Assembly (NCBI GenBank): GCA_044892525.1 | Contig: CM097885.1 | Coordinates: forward strand, 157,170,001-157,234,000 | Source of the DNA: Schmidtea polychroa | Lineage: Eukaryota | Length of the DNA: 64,000 bases | Direction of reading: 5' to 3' | In this document: in pieces, positions 26,103 to 39,800 of the stretch | How positions within the stretch are numbered: the first letter of the stretch is position 1 | Layout of the letters: each line of letters opens with the position of its first letter | Program-made: the position numbers and the translations under genes | Notes under the pieces: generated by a model | Told to the model about the DNA's origin: nothing | Database searches by the model: none | What the model saw: only the letters and a program-made list of their open reading frames with translations

Positions 26103-29100
26103 TTAAATCGTCGCTTTACTATGAAATTGTTCTCGAGCTATTTTTCTCCCAAATATTACTTCCGCGGGACTTCGTCCAATTGATTTCTGAAATGTTGCAT
26201 TCGTGGTAAATTCTATCTCTGGTATGATCTCTGGCCAATCTGTTCTACTCTTTTCTTTTAATGATGTATTTATATAGTCCCTTATTGTCCTGAATTGACG
26301 TTCTATCACACCATTTGTATTATGGTGATATGGACTTGAAAAGCATAATATAATTCCCATTGATTTTGTAAACTCTTTCATCGTCTTAGATTCAAATACT
26401 TTTCCACAATCTTTGTGAATTTCCTTTGGTTCTTCAAATCTAAGAATCCATTTTTGTAGTGTTGTTTCCTTCACCTTTTCTTCATCCTGTTTAGTGACAG
26501 CAGTCAGAGATATATATCTGCTAAATTGATCAATCATTGATACTATATATCTTTTCTTTCTGAATGTTTCCTTTAATGGGCCACATATATCAATGTACAC
26601 TTTTTCCAACGGCTCCTCTGCTGTCAGCTTTATTGTCTCTTCCTTCATCTTTGTTGTCACAACTTTCGTTCTTTGACATGCCTCGAATTGTCCAATTGTT
26701 TCTTTAACTGATTCTTTTATGTCTCCCATATCGTAATTGTCCGCTAAATATTTTGTCACCTTTTCTGCTCCTGCGTGTGATAGCAAAATATGCATACTCT
26801 TTATCATTTCTTGTCTTTTCTCTCTAGGTATCCATATCTTGCCTCCTATAGTTTTCACCACGTTGTCTACCAGTATAAATTTTCAACTTGAACCCTGTGC
26901 TATTTCCTTTTTTATTTGTTCTATTTCTGTATTATCCTTTTAACACTTATTATCTTCAGCTTTTTCCATCGTGTTTATCTTTCGTGTTTTCATTCTTTCC
27001 ACTTTCGCGTCTTCGTGTGCCAATAAACATTGTGTGCCACATGTACTCTTTGACAACATATCTGCATTTGCATGATCAGTATCTTTTCTATACTCTATTA
27101 AATAGAGTCTATTTTAATAATCAGACTACTGCGGTAGTTAATCCATATCTGAAATTGCGTTGTTATTGGTTTCTTTGTGGATAACATAAACGTGATGGAT
27201 TTATGGTCCGTTCTCAAAATGAACCATTTTCCATATAAATAATGATTGAAGTGTTGACAAAAATAATAGATTGCCAGAAACTCTTTCCTTGTTATGCAAT
27301 ATCCCTTTTAATGATTGATCATTGCATGAGAACCGTATGCTATAGCTTTATCGCACCCGTTGTCGTCTTTCTGTAATAATACTGCTCCAGTCGTGTCAAA
27401 ACTCGTATCAGTATCCAGAATGAATTCTCTTTCGAAATCTGGAAACCCTAAAATAGGTGAGGACACTAAAGCATTTTTCATATTTTCGAATGCAATGTTG
27501 CATCCGTCAGTCCAAATTAATTTTTGTTGTTTAACCCGCATAGCTCTTCTAAAACTCTTGCCTTTTTTGCGTATTCTTTTATAAATCTTCTGTAGTAATT
27601 GCATATTCCTAGGAAGCTTCTCAGATTCTTAACACATTTTGGCATTTCAAATGATTTAATTACGTCTAGCTTTGATGGGTCCATCTGTATTCCATCTTTG
27701 TTGATCATGTGACCTAAAAATTGGACTTCCTCTTTAAGGCGATGGCACTTTTCAGGGTTTATCCTAAAACCCGCCTTTCCAATTTTGTCCAGCACTTCAT
27801 TTAAAACTTCGTAGTGGTGATTGATCGTTTCTGTAAATATCAAAATATCGTCTAGGTATACTGCTGCATATCTCGTATCCATTAAAACTTTTCTCATCAG
27901 TTCCACTGCTATTTCAAATGACATTCTGTTAAAACAGTATTACCCTGATTTGGTTGAAAACACCGTTTTTAGCTTTGATTCATCTTCTAGTTCTACTTGA
28001 TAATATGCATTTCCAAGATCTATCAAACTGAAATACTTTGCTCCACCCAATTTATCTAACATCTCTGCTATATTCGGCATATGGAACGCCTGTCTCTCTG
28101 TTACTAGGTTTAATTGCCTGAAATCAAGACATAATCTGATATCTTGCTTTTCTTTCTTCCAGACGCATATTAATGGAGTGTTCCATGGCGAATTACACTT
28201 TTTGATAATATCGTTTTCCCATAAGTTTTTATCGCTTCATCTATTTTACCTTCCAAGTTGACTGGCTGTCTCCAAGGTTTAATATTTATCGGTTTTCCTT
28301 GAGTTTCTATTTAAGGCTTCAACAGCTTTGTGCAGCCAATGTCCCATTTATCAGCCATAAAAACATTTTGATTCTTTTTTACAATGTTCAGTAGTATTTT
28401 TTGCTTTTTGAAATCTTCCCATCTCCGTTATTGTCTTTCCAAATTTGGCTTCGATACTACATATGTACACTTGCTTCGTTTTCTTGACCTCTTCTACTGG
28501 CCATTTTAGTTGTATACCAAATTGTTTTTGCAACTCTATACCACCAATTACCTCTGGAGTCATATATCGTACTATCGTAAATTTTACCCTTCTTTTTCTG
28601 CCATTTATTACTATTTCTAATATTGCTTTACCTTTCGTTTCTAAAACACTATTATTTGCACATTCCAATGTATCTGTCGTTGTTGTTAGTTCTACAGCTT
28701 TAAGTTTCTCAAATTTGCTCCAACTCATGACATTTACTGTAGTTCCTGTACCGAGCAAGCATTCCATCTTCTGGTCTTGTATTCTAATAGTTACACTTTG
28801 TCGGCCTTGCATTTTATCATAACTAATAATATCATTTTTCCATTCATCTAAGGTGAGTATTTGTATATTTTCTCTTTCTCTTTCTGCAAAATTCTTTTTG
28901 ATGAATCTGTTCACTTTCCTTATTACATTATTTCCCTCTTCCGTTACCTCTGTATCTTTCACATCTTTTCCTATAATACGTAATATTTTACTTTTATTAT
29001 AATAATTAATAATTTGGGAGTCAGCATCACTGTTTAATACACTGTCCCGACTATCTCCTCTTCTATCGGGGCGTTGATATTTGGGTATTCTCTGTTCTCA

Positions 29101-29933
29101 CTTGGTTCGTCTATGAATGCTACGTATCTCTTGTCTGCTTGTCTTGTTTCCTATTTTGTTATGCAATCTCTACTCAAATGTCCTACCTTGTGACATGTCC
29201 AGCATTCGTTCTTATTTCTGTTCGGTCTTTCTTCTCGATACTCTCTCGGCTCGCTATTATATCTTGGTGATACAATATTTCTTGCTTGATTTGTAACCGC
29301 GTCTCTGTAAGTTCTTGTTATATTCTGTTCTGGTCTTCTTTCTCTCACTGCGTAGATATCTTCTGCAACTATACGAGATTCATGTAACTTCTTGATTTTT
29401 TTCTTCACTTCCGTTGTTCCTTTGGTGTCACTTAGACACGATTCTCGTTTCAAAGTCTTCTCGGCTGCACAGTGTACCAGCAAATATTCTGTTAAACTTT
29501 CCTTTTTTAACTCATGCCCCAATATCTTATCAACTAACTCGTCTATGATAGTAAAATATTTATCGGGCTCTTCACTAATCTGTCTATAAGACATAGCAGA
29601 TTGTGAATCCTCTGCCAAACTTGATTTTTTGACGAATGCCTTTCACAATCTTTCCTTATAAAATTTTATATTTTGGTCAACTCCTGTATATATCTCTCTG
29701 ATCTGTTTGTCGATCAGTAATTCGATCATCACTTCTTGTCTTGAAGTAGGCATTTGTACCATTTTAAAATATCTATCGCATTCGTTAATGAATGTTTCAA
29801 CATCATCTCCTATATGATAATCATTTGGGAATAGCTTCTTTATGAAGAAATCCATAGACGTGGTCGACATATTAGAAACTGCTAAAACATCTTCTAGACT
29901 ATTTTTTAAATCCGGTTCAAAAGTTAACGACAT
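26103..29933 (-). mobile_element. Degenerate Ty3/Gypsy LTR retrotransposon internal region (gag-PR-RT-RH-IN)
   Basis: gag 29933-29151 with CWTCHKVGHLSRDC knuckle. Protease LLGTGTTVNV (catalytic D lost). RT SPWNTPL...LCLDFRQLN...YLDDILIF. RH LGFPDFEREFILDTD. Integrase HILLSHAG...CQRTK...VYIDICGPL...HHNTNGVIERQF. PR-RT-RH-IN order, with frameshifts and deletions. LTRs not seen. Confidence 0.93.
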
Positions 29934-30047
29934 AATTCCAAGTATTTATTATATGACATATTGTATAATTTTAAACAAATTTTCAGCGTTGAATAAAATA
30001 TTTTCAAAACCATTTATCAAAATATTTCAATATTTAAAACATATTTA

Positions 30048-30263
30048 CCGTATTTTCCCGCATATAACCCGCGGGTTATACCGAATTTTACGTATCCGAC
30101 AGGGGGGTACGGGGTATATATGAGCGCGGGTTATATCAAACATTTTTTACAAGTATTTGTTATTTTACTATATTGCTTAATTTTTACACAAAACTTAAAA
30201 ACTTGTGGGGTATCTGAGTATGACGGTTATCTGCGAATGCGGGTTATATGCGGGAAAATACGG
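30048..30263. mobile_element. Tc1/mariner-pogo (Tc2-like) MITE
   Basis: Perfect 25-bp TIRs CCGTATTTTCCCGCATATAACCCGC, flanked by TA on both sides. Confidence 0.9.
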
Positions 30264-30599
30264 TATTTAAAATTTTTCATTAATAAAACTTCTTTTTTAA
30301 AAAGCTATTTTAATTTTTAATTCAAACTTTCAACTTAAAAAAATCCAATTTAAAAATTATTTAAAAGTTATTTTAATAATCAATTATTTATAATTTAATA
30401 TTATTTTGATAAATCATTGAAATATTTAACTCTCAGCTGAAAACACCTCACATCAATATTTTTAAAAATCAATATAATTAAAAAAACACCATACCTCATG
30501 CATATGAATGAAGCAAATGAAACAGTTGTCGGTGAGTTTGACAATCCAGGTGATAATGTTATCCTTGATTATGAGGAAACGCAATCGGGGACAAATGTA

Positions 30600-30960
30600 G
30601 TTAATCTAATGGCAAAACTGTTAGAAATACCATAATTCCACTGCCAACAGAAACAGAAATAGAGTCGGCTATAAAACAATTAGTAACGAAAACCCATTCC
30701 AAAATGACAGTCTGGTCGTTTTTATTAATAGCAATGTCGTTAGTGACATTAGGACTGACATTATTATTATTATTAACGTTTTTTCTGTTGTTGTTACCAA
30801 GCGGACTATTATTATCAATGATATTAGTATTCTTAATATCCATAATATTATTACTGTTCCTATCAGAATCCTACTGATTCTCATCTTTAGTATTGTTATT
30901 TCCATTTTAAATATTAGTATTAAGATTTCCATAGTTACTATGTTCAAGTTTCACATGATT
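30600..30960 (-). mobile_element. Possible Asn-rich gag/protease junction remnant
   Basis: N-rich frame ending in FIADSISVSVG, reminiscent of retropepsin xxDSGxS; contains stops. Confidence 0.3.
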
Positions 30961-31131
30961 TGTATTAAAATCCTTATTCGTATTTTTAAGTATTTTACTG
31001 GGTCAACGGAGATGTCACAATATTTAGTGTTAACAATAGTGTTAAGATTATACTTTAGATAAAGGTTATTCTCCTCAAATTTTCACTTATTTATATACCT
31101 TTTATTTTCTCTTATGTATGATTATAGAAAA

Positions 31132-31810
31132 ATGGCACAATCAAATCCTCAGTTAAAACCCTGTTTTTCGTGTTTGGATAAGAACTTGATTATCCGAAAA
31201 CAACAGGAAGAAATTTGATTGCTAAAGATGAAGATAGACCAACTGGATTGGGGCATGGTTCACTCCCGTCCAGATGAAAGAATTGATCCAGAAAGTGCTG
31301 CTCCTCGAGCACTGTCCAGATAATTTGATTGAGCAGAGCCATGCCCAGCTCACGCTGATACAGGAGCAAGCGGCTCAGGCCTTGTACGAGCTGGAGCATT
31401 GAATCAGAAGTCTACCTTCTGCAAATATGACAACTCTCCTTCCAGCCCACCATTTGGTTGGAAATGAAAACCACGCGATCTGTGACTTGTACTGTGTACA
31501 CCATGTTGATGAACTCACCACCCCACCTTTTCATCAGTTCCATCTGACAGTGCATGGATCCCGCTGTCTGTCATTGACCTGAGCAGATCCAGTCTAAAGG
31601 TGAATCCATCAGTATCAGCTCTAAAGACAAAGTGGAAACATCTTAAGTGTTGTGAGAGGAATGCTCGACGGAGGGCAAAGTAGGCCGCGGCACTCAGCCA
31701 ATTTTACAACCAGGCGATCCCGTCAGGTATCGTTCTAAGCCTAAATGGCTTTCTCCTTTACCGCAGATGCCAACATCTTCAAAGAAAGAAATGGGATTTA
31801 ACTCATCTGG
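31132..31810 (+). pseudogene. Decayed copy of unknown CFSC-coiled-coil ORF family (copy 1)
   Basis: MAQSNPQLKPCFSCLDKNLIIRKQQEEI*LLKMKID, frameshift, QMKELIQKVLLLEHCPDNLIEQS, and later basic KWKHLKCCERNARRRAK*AAAL. Aligns by eye with ORF 61743-62501. Confidence 0.75.
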
Positions 31811-32721
31811 AACTTTGTCGTTGACTGAATCCTTTTGTTATGTTTGTGATTTAATTATTAAACATATTATTAAATATTTAGCGTTATATATATGTAAATC
31901 AACAAACAAGACTTTTTATAAATATTTATTAAATAATACATTCATCCTGAAAATATACAGTTGATTCTTTCGACTTTTGGTATCTCGAATAGGTTCGTAT
32001 TATGTTTTTTTAATTGTTGTGTAATGCGTGTTATTTCTGTGATGCAAAAATTCTTGTTAGACTTTTCTGACTGTCTTATTTTTAAGTCTAAGAAGGATTT
32101 CGCTTTTTAGACTGCAGTAAAAACGGTTAGATTTTTGGGCGAATAACACAAATTTTACACCGCTATTTATACCAAAATTTTAAACCATTGTTAGTGGTAA
32201 ATAATTGCTTTATATTAAGCAATAATTACTTTTATATTTCCTAGTGCAATTTTTATTTGATTTATTTTTTTTAAATAAAAAAAGTGTTTTGTTGTTACCA
32301 GTCTGTATTAAGTTCAAATAAGAGTTACGTCATAAGAATAATTACATTAAAATGCATAATACAGTAAAAAGATAATAATGAATTTTTGTAAATTCTAATT
32401 TTTCTCTTCTTCATTTCCCTGTAAGTTTAAGAGGAAAAAATACTTTTCAGCGACGGCACCTGGAGCTCATAGTGCTAGCACATAACACTTCCGTGTGTAT
32501 TGTAAATTGATCATGTTTCAATTATAATTAAACCTTATTCCAACTCTGCAATGACAACGTTAATAAAATTTGAGAATTGTGCCTCTGACTTGCAAATTAT
32601 TAAATATATCAATTTAAAATACATTATTAAATTAAAATGATTGTATAAATATTCAAATAAATAAGATTCATGCTTCGTTTTAACATCGCCACTATCAATT
32701 CTTATTAAAACCTATTTAAAA

Positions 32722-33895
32722 ATGTCAAACATTCGAGAAGCTGAAACCTTTGCTTTCCAACCTGAAATCTCGCAGTTGACGAGCTTGATCATCAACACCT
32801 TCTATTCAAACAAAGAAATCTTCCTTAGAGGATTGATTTTTGTAGTAGTTTAAAGCTATGTTCTTATGAATTTATATGATTGTATTTATATGTTTAAATT
32901 GTTTGCTGATGTGTTGTAGGAAAGTTGTGAGAGCCCAGCAGAGTCTCCTTTAAAATCAGTTTTGAGACTGCTGTGGTGCTTGTGTGTAGAATTTGTAGAA
33001 TAAATTTGATACAATTAAAATAAATATTTGTATTGGAATAAAAAATAAACAATAGAATTAAATTAATTTAAAAAAAATTTATTCAGTTAATAAAAAAACC
33101 TTTAATTGCCAAGAATTGTTAAATATAATGATAAACCAGATATATTCCAGAATTGGATAATCTCGATCTAATTGCTGGAATCTTTGTTGAATGAGTTCCT
33201 TTAGTTTGATTCTTATTTTTAATTATAATTTTACTATTTTATTTATAATTTTACTAATATAACTACATGCATTTTCAATGTGTCTTAAAGTCACATCGTA
33301 ACGTTTTACGTAAGTATATCAACCTTGTAATAATAGGGTTAAACTTGTTTTATTCCCTTCATTCTTTTCGATATAGCTCTATCTTGTTTGTTTAGTCCTT
33401 CGTTAGTTTTTTTTGTATTTTCTATTCGTTTCTGTTATTTCTTCCTTTCTTATATTTTCAATTTTTCATTTCTTAATGTTTAATTAATGTTCTGGCTTTG
33501 ATTTAAATTTTTTGTTTCCAGAACGATAATTATAATTATTATGTAATAAATTACATGAAATTACTTTAGTAAAATTACGGTACATAATATATAAATACAT
33601 AAATAATACGTAATAATACATAAATACAGTACAATTTTCAATGCAAGTGATACTCTTGATAAAGTTCGTTATAAGAGCTTGATATTAGATAGCCAAAAGA
33701 AGTTAATGATTAAAGTTATTCCAGATAAAGATTTGATTACTTTGACATTGTACGATACTGGAGTCGATTTGACCAAAGCTGAACTCATTAACAATCTAGG
33801 TACAATCACAAGATCTAGTATCAATGTTTTCATGGAAGCATTGACTGTTGGAGCAGATATTTCTATGATCAGTCAATTTGGCGTCGCTTTTAATG
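32722..33895 (+). pseudogene. HSP90: HSP90 5' fragment (N-terminal ATPase domain), split by a solo LTR
   Basis: [39 protein letters not shown] + [12 protein letters not shown]...[25 protein letters not shown]...[14 protein letters not shown]. The frame is restored on removing 32841-33633 and one TSD. Conserved residues are substituted and the gene is truncated after about 125 codons. Confidence 0.93.
32841..33633. mobile_element. Solo LTR (793 bp) inserted in the HSP90 fragment
   Basis: Termini TGTA...TACA, perfect 5-bp TSD ATTTT (32836-32840 and 33634-33638), interrupts the coding frame exactly. Confidence 0.88.
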
Positions 33896-33960
33896 ATTTG
33901 TTGTAAATTCTAATTTTTCTCTTTTACATTTCCGTGTAAGTTTACGAGAGAAATTATTGA

Positions 33961-36010
33961 AGTTAGATATCTTTTTGTTTTAATAATTGGAGTTGGCGGT
34001 TTTTGTGAAAAATTAAAAACTTGTTATTTTACTTGATATTTTACTGAGAAATTTGAAGATGGATTTAACTGGCGACCAAACCGAAAATCAAAACATCAAC
34101 GCCATTTCGAAATCGCTAATGGAATGCCTACCGAAATCATGCCAAGACATGCTCACACTGAAAATTAGACGATATGATGGACGAGGTTTAAAAGAAGCCG
34201 AAAAATGGATCAGGGATATAGAAGAATGGCTGCTGACAAATGGACAGAAATTGACAAGCGCTTTCGATGTGTTATTGGTAGCAGAAGCAAAGACATTGCT
34301 GGGAAACGTCAGAAAAACAGAAACAACGGATGTGAAAGCCAAAGCGTGGTTCTTACATACGTTCACAATTACAAAATCAATAACTGACAAAATCAGAGAA
34401 TTCGCAGCTATGGAACAGGAAGATGATGAAAGGTTTGCAGCTTTTGTGATACGGCTAAGGAAAGCTTTAGCTGAAATTGTAAAGTAAGGACGATCAGAAG
34501 AAGATATTGTTCAAGACCTCATCGAAAATAAAACACGCGACGCGAGACTGCTGGAGATACTACTGAAGAAACCAGTAACAAAAATTGAAGAAACGAGATC
34601 ATTGGCGAAAATTTTGAAAGTAAAAAAATGGAAACGCTAACGTGACTGAGGGAGGGCAGATGATAATTCAAAAGAATACACAAGATCCCATGCCTAAATC
34701 ACCACAAAGAAGACTATCAGAAGAGTCATTTAGTCACCACAGATCAAGAAGAGACGAACATCCTATACGCGGACCAATACAATACGAAGGAAATAACCAT
34801 GGTCGTCCAGAGCAATCTCCAAAAGCGCAATTCTTGAGAAATGCGAGAATCCCGAATAGCTCAGAAAGGAATCTGCCAACAATATCCATGAAGAATATAG
34901 CAAGGAGGCTGTACAACGAAAATAGAGGACTACCACAAGCATCGGTCCCAAAATTAACGATATGTGATTGTTTTCGCTGTGGCGAAAAGGGAAACAGAAG
35001 GTATGAATGTCGACTAGAAAATAAATGTCTGATATGTGGCAAGGAAGGACACGGGTTCCGAGATTGTTTTTCGTTACGGAAAAAGGTTCCACGCCGATAC
35101 CAAAGAATTGAGTGCATAGAAGAAGAATATACAAAATCTGAAAGAAGTGATTACAACCAGAACAGCCAGGATTTTAGAACTGCTCACAGCAACATGGAAG
35201 ATAGATACAATGTCCCTGAGAAATATACTATATTGAGAGAAGACAGAAAACATCAGCGACTCCATGGGCTTCATTTCGTCGGTGGAGTCAAGACAGTAAA
35301 TTGTGAAAGAAGAAATGAACGACGTAGAGACGATGGAGAAGAAGAGATTTACCAAACGGAAGATGGAAGAAATTGGAGTAAAATAATGTTGAATAATGTC
35401 AAAGCAGAGATGTTATGGGACTCTGGAGCATCAGTAACAATTTGTGGGACAAAATAGGCAAACCAGAACTTCAACGTAGCATGCGGAGTTTTTTCAACTG
35501 GAGGTGAAGAAGCAATACATGACTATACCGGTCACATGGAATCAGAAGACCAAAATAATCACAGTAGTAGTGGTAAAAGAGATCAAGCCCGAATTCATAA
35601 GGGGCATTGATACAATGAAAGAGTTTGGAGTAAAGTTAGTGAAAATCAATAATATAGAAACGTCATTGATAAACAAAATCTACACTGATGAAGAAAGAAT
35701 AAATAAACCACTAGTGGCAATGGCAGGTGAGAATATAGTAAGCAAATTGAAGGAATGATCAGGGAATTTTTATGGCATCAAATATAATATATAATATGGA
35801 CAGATTTCTATCACCTCGTCGAGTCGAACTACATTCACAAGAAGGAACAAAAGAAGAATCGAGTTGGTGAAAAAGTGGAAAAAGTCGTAAGAAGGGAGAG
35901 TTAGATATCTTTAGGTTTTAATAATTGGAGTTGGCGGTTTTTGTGAAATTTTAAAATATATATTGTTGGTTTCAAGATTTTTGCTGAGAAATTTAAAGAT
36001 GGATTTTACT
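33961..36010 (+). mobile_element. Short gag(+PR)-only LTR retroelement with about 110-bp LTRs
   Basis: LTRs 33961-34070 and 35899-36010 (AGTTA...TAACT / TTACT). PBS-like TGGCGACC at 34070 and PPT AAGAAGGGAG before the 3' LTR. TSD ATTGA/ATTGT. gag has two knuckles (CFRCGEKGNRRYEC, CLICGKEGHGFRDC) and PR motif WDSGAS. No RT, RH or IN. Confidence 0.85.
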
Positions 36011-36439
36011 ATTGTACAAATATAATATCAAATGTACATTAAATTTAATTAATTATACTCTAACTAAACCTATGGTTATTATGGGTGCTTATACTAGTAA
36101 TATATTTAAATAATAACTTAAAATATATAATTATTTAAATATTTTCGAAATTCAAAATTGTTTATTTAAATAAAATTAATTTACTTTAACAAATTATAAA
36201 TATAACTTATTTAACTTATATTCTATATTGCCGCCATTTTTAATAAATAATTTAAGAAATTCTATTAAAACTAACTAGTAATTTTCTTAAATGATAGGTA
36301 ATTAAATCCTTATAAAATATGTTTATTATTTTTTGGCGAATTGTCAATTGTTATATATATATATATACATATTTATATATACATTTATGTAATGTATAAT
36401 TCCAGTCATTTTTCATTTCTAAAGGAAATCTCGTTGTAG

Positions 36440-36844
36440 ATGCCTCAAACCCAAAACGCAGAATACACCAATGGCAATAACGCAATGGGTGTAGCAGTTG
36501 CTCCTCCATCTGTTCAATACTCGTCGAACACCTCTTTATCTGGTCATATGCCAATGTTAAACACTTCAGTTCCTAATCCAAATTTAATGGCAGCAGCTTT
36601 ACAATATAATCAGCCAAATCAAGCTTATATGACTGGCCCGGGATTAGCAACAATAGGGCTACTTTACCCCAATGCTAATGGTTATGTACAATCTCCAAAT
36701 TTAATGTACAATCCTCATAATATAATTCACGGACAAATGGAAATGGTTCCAACAGTGTCATCTTCACTGGGTCATTCATCCGCACATCATAGTCATAAAT
36801 TATCTGGATTCGATGCAGTTCAACATTTCGGCAGCCTTCCACCT
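36440..36844 (+). CDS. RBMS: RBMS-like putative first coding exon (low complexity N/P/M-rich)
   Basis: 135-codon open frame ending CCT|GTAAG, phase 0, matching the acceptor at 39693. Confidence 0.65.
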
Positions 36845-39800
36845 GTAAGAATTTTTGATCAAGTAATAATCTCATCATATTATCAACATTTAAATTTAAT
36901 TTATTCATCAAAATTTTAAATATTTAAGTTTTTAATATATAACTTAATTCAATATATAATACAATTTTTGTATAAATAATTCAAAAATATAATTAGTATT
37001 TTCCCAAATGAAATAAGAATTCATATTGAGAATGAATTATGCGGAAATTATAAAAATTTCAAATGAAGATATAAATAAATTGATTTGCGCACATTATCCA
37101 ATTTGTTATTGTCATGTGATCGGCAGAACACGTGACTGAATAATTAAGATTTTATTTAGTAACGAGGTTTAGACGCAAATGTGAACTCGTTTCATTTGAT
37201 AGAGTCGATTCGCGTCGATTATTTCTCATTAAATTTATTTTGTAATTTCCTGAAAAAATATTTCGTATTTCGTTTGGAATTGCAAATAGCTCTTAAATTA
37301 ATCGAATAAATCTTCGTATACTGGAAAATTTTGGGAAATTTCACGGTTTCTCGAATTTTTAAAGCATCATTATATGCATTTTGGATTGTTTATTGCAGGA
37401 GATGGGAATGATTGGTTAAAATTCAGCAAAATTTGTCGTTATAATCAAATTATTACTGTTTTCTCAAGATTTGTTTGAAACAAGGCTTAAGTAAGAACAG
37501 AAACGAGCGGAAGGGTAAAGAGGATATTTGGTTCCTTAAATATGTATTGCTATAACTGGAACAAATTTTAAAGAATTGATATGAGCATGTTAATAAATGG
37601 CCTATATAAAGGCTACACACGTTGTGACCTTCGACTATTTTCAACTCTACACAAGTTAAACAATACATAATCCTATCGCACTTTTTTGGTAACTTTTAAG
37701 CTGTCACTGAAGTTTTATCATATTAAAGGCATAAAAGTAGCAATTGCATCAAATTGTGAACAATTAATGAATATTAATATTAATTAAGTGAATAAAATTA
37801 TAATTACTTTTATTATCTATAATCCAAGAGAACATGGAACCTTTTTTATTCATTTAACTAAAAAATATCTCAGCAGCGTCAATATTTATCTAAAATTTAG
37901 TCCAATCTATTGGGAATGTTTGATTTTATACACAAGTAGTCGCCGTCGTAAGTAAATATCTTTCCGGGTCAAATATTTCTCCTAATAATCATTAGAGTTG
38001 TCTCTGGCTGAAAATTAAAAGAATTCTTGTTAAATATAAAATAAAATGTTGATTAATAGTCTGAAAAAAAGAAAAGAACGAAAAGTAAATGTGGAAAGAA
38101 CCCAAATAAAAATATATCCTTAATTACGTGTTTCATTGATATTAGACTATCAAATTCACTTCTAAAATTCACTCTATTTGTTAATAACTGGTAAAATTCA
38201 CTATTGCTAGGCTACCACAGAACTCAGTGCAATTGCGGTAAATATAACATATTGGCAATCAGAACATTTTGAATTTCCTCCATCTTTATTTCTTTTCATA
38301 TAATAAATAGATATTTAACAAATTTTGATCTGAAGCCTGAAAAGAAAAGAAGTTAAAGGAAAATGAACATAAAAATTAAAGTGAAAATAAAAAATATTTC
38401 AAAACTAATAAAATTATGAAATATTGATTGTAATATTTGCTTTTATTTAATTTGTTTATGGTAATATTATTTTTCCCCAACATGAATAATTTCTATCGGA
38501 TATTCGAATAGTAATGTCAGATTTTCAAGTAAGTTGAATTTCATTTATCAGTAGCATAATTTCTTGCATTAGCAATATATATTATCCTCTTGTTTGCTTA
38601 GGGAAACTTATTTTTCGTTTTCTCTTTATAGAAATTTGTTATTAAAAATTATATTTTTCAATGGAAATTTAGGTAAGTAATGGATAAAATTTTGAAAAAA
38701 TAGTGAATTTTAAAAGATAAAAATTAACATGATCAATAATAAAAACCACCGGGAAAATTATTGATAAATTATAAATGCATTAAATAAAAACATTTAACTT
38801 GTAAAATAAAATTGTAAAAAATAATCAATTTTTGTAAGAAAAATAAATGCTTGAAAGCAATACTTTTTCCCCAGAGTTCTCTTGAGGATTTTTCTCTTTA
38901 TTTTTACTGATTATTTTTAATTAATAACATAATTTCATTAATCTGCTTTATTAGGATATAGTTATTTGTCTGATAGATACTTAGACTTTATCAAACATTC
39001 TGAGATTTATTTTGAGATTTATTGATGCTTTGTCATTGTGGCAAAAATTATCATTGAACTTCACCTGTGATAAATCACGAGGAAATATTTATACTTTTTT
39101 TATAGCAAGCTGAAAGGTTTATTTAACTTATACTTCAACTGGATCATATATATTTACCATAAATGTAATTATTTTCAGTTAAAAATCGCTGAGAATAAAA
39201 AAAATCAATTCCTATTCATTTTGTTATACATTTCAGATGATATTTGATCGATAAATTGAAACTAAACACAAATTTATTGATCAATTGTTATTTGAAAGAA
39301 AACAATAAAGAAATTGAAAATTTCATATTCAATCGATATTTAATCGTATTTAAAGTTTTTGTGATAAAATAATTAGTTAAATTATTGATTTAAATTAAAT
39401 TTAATATAATTTTCTTGGAAATTCTCTCAAACATTTTCTGTGATTTATTGAAAATATTACATTATTTATTTCACATTAAAGACAGCAAAAGTTTATTAGT
39501 GTATTTCATTAAAAAATTCCCTAAATACAATTGAAAAGGGACAACAAATGTTGGGCACTGAGTAATCTCATGCTATAATTACCAGATGATAATAAAGATG
39601 TTTTCATTTGCTTGTATTCTAAGTTGAAGTTTATCATGACAAATTATGACTGAAATAATAATTTTTCTGTATTGCTGTGATTCTTAATTCAGACTCAAAT
39701 TCGCAAGCCGAAGAATTCGATCATGTCCAAAACGAATCTCTACATCAACGGACTACAGGACTCAGCAACTGACGAATCAGTCCGAGCTCTCGTCGATGGG

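Noticed and set aside
37110-37420. E-box CACGTG and CCAAT motifs as an alternative RBMS promoter
   Set aside because: Short motifs are expected by chance, and there are no transcript data to support a start site.
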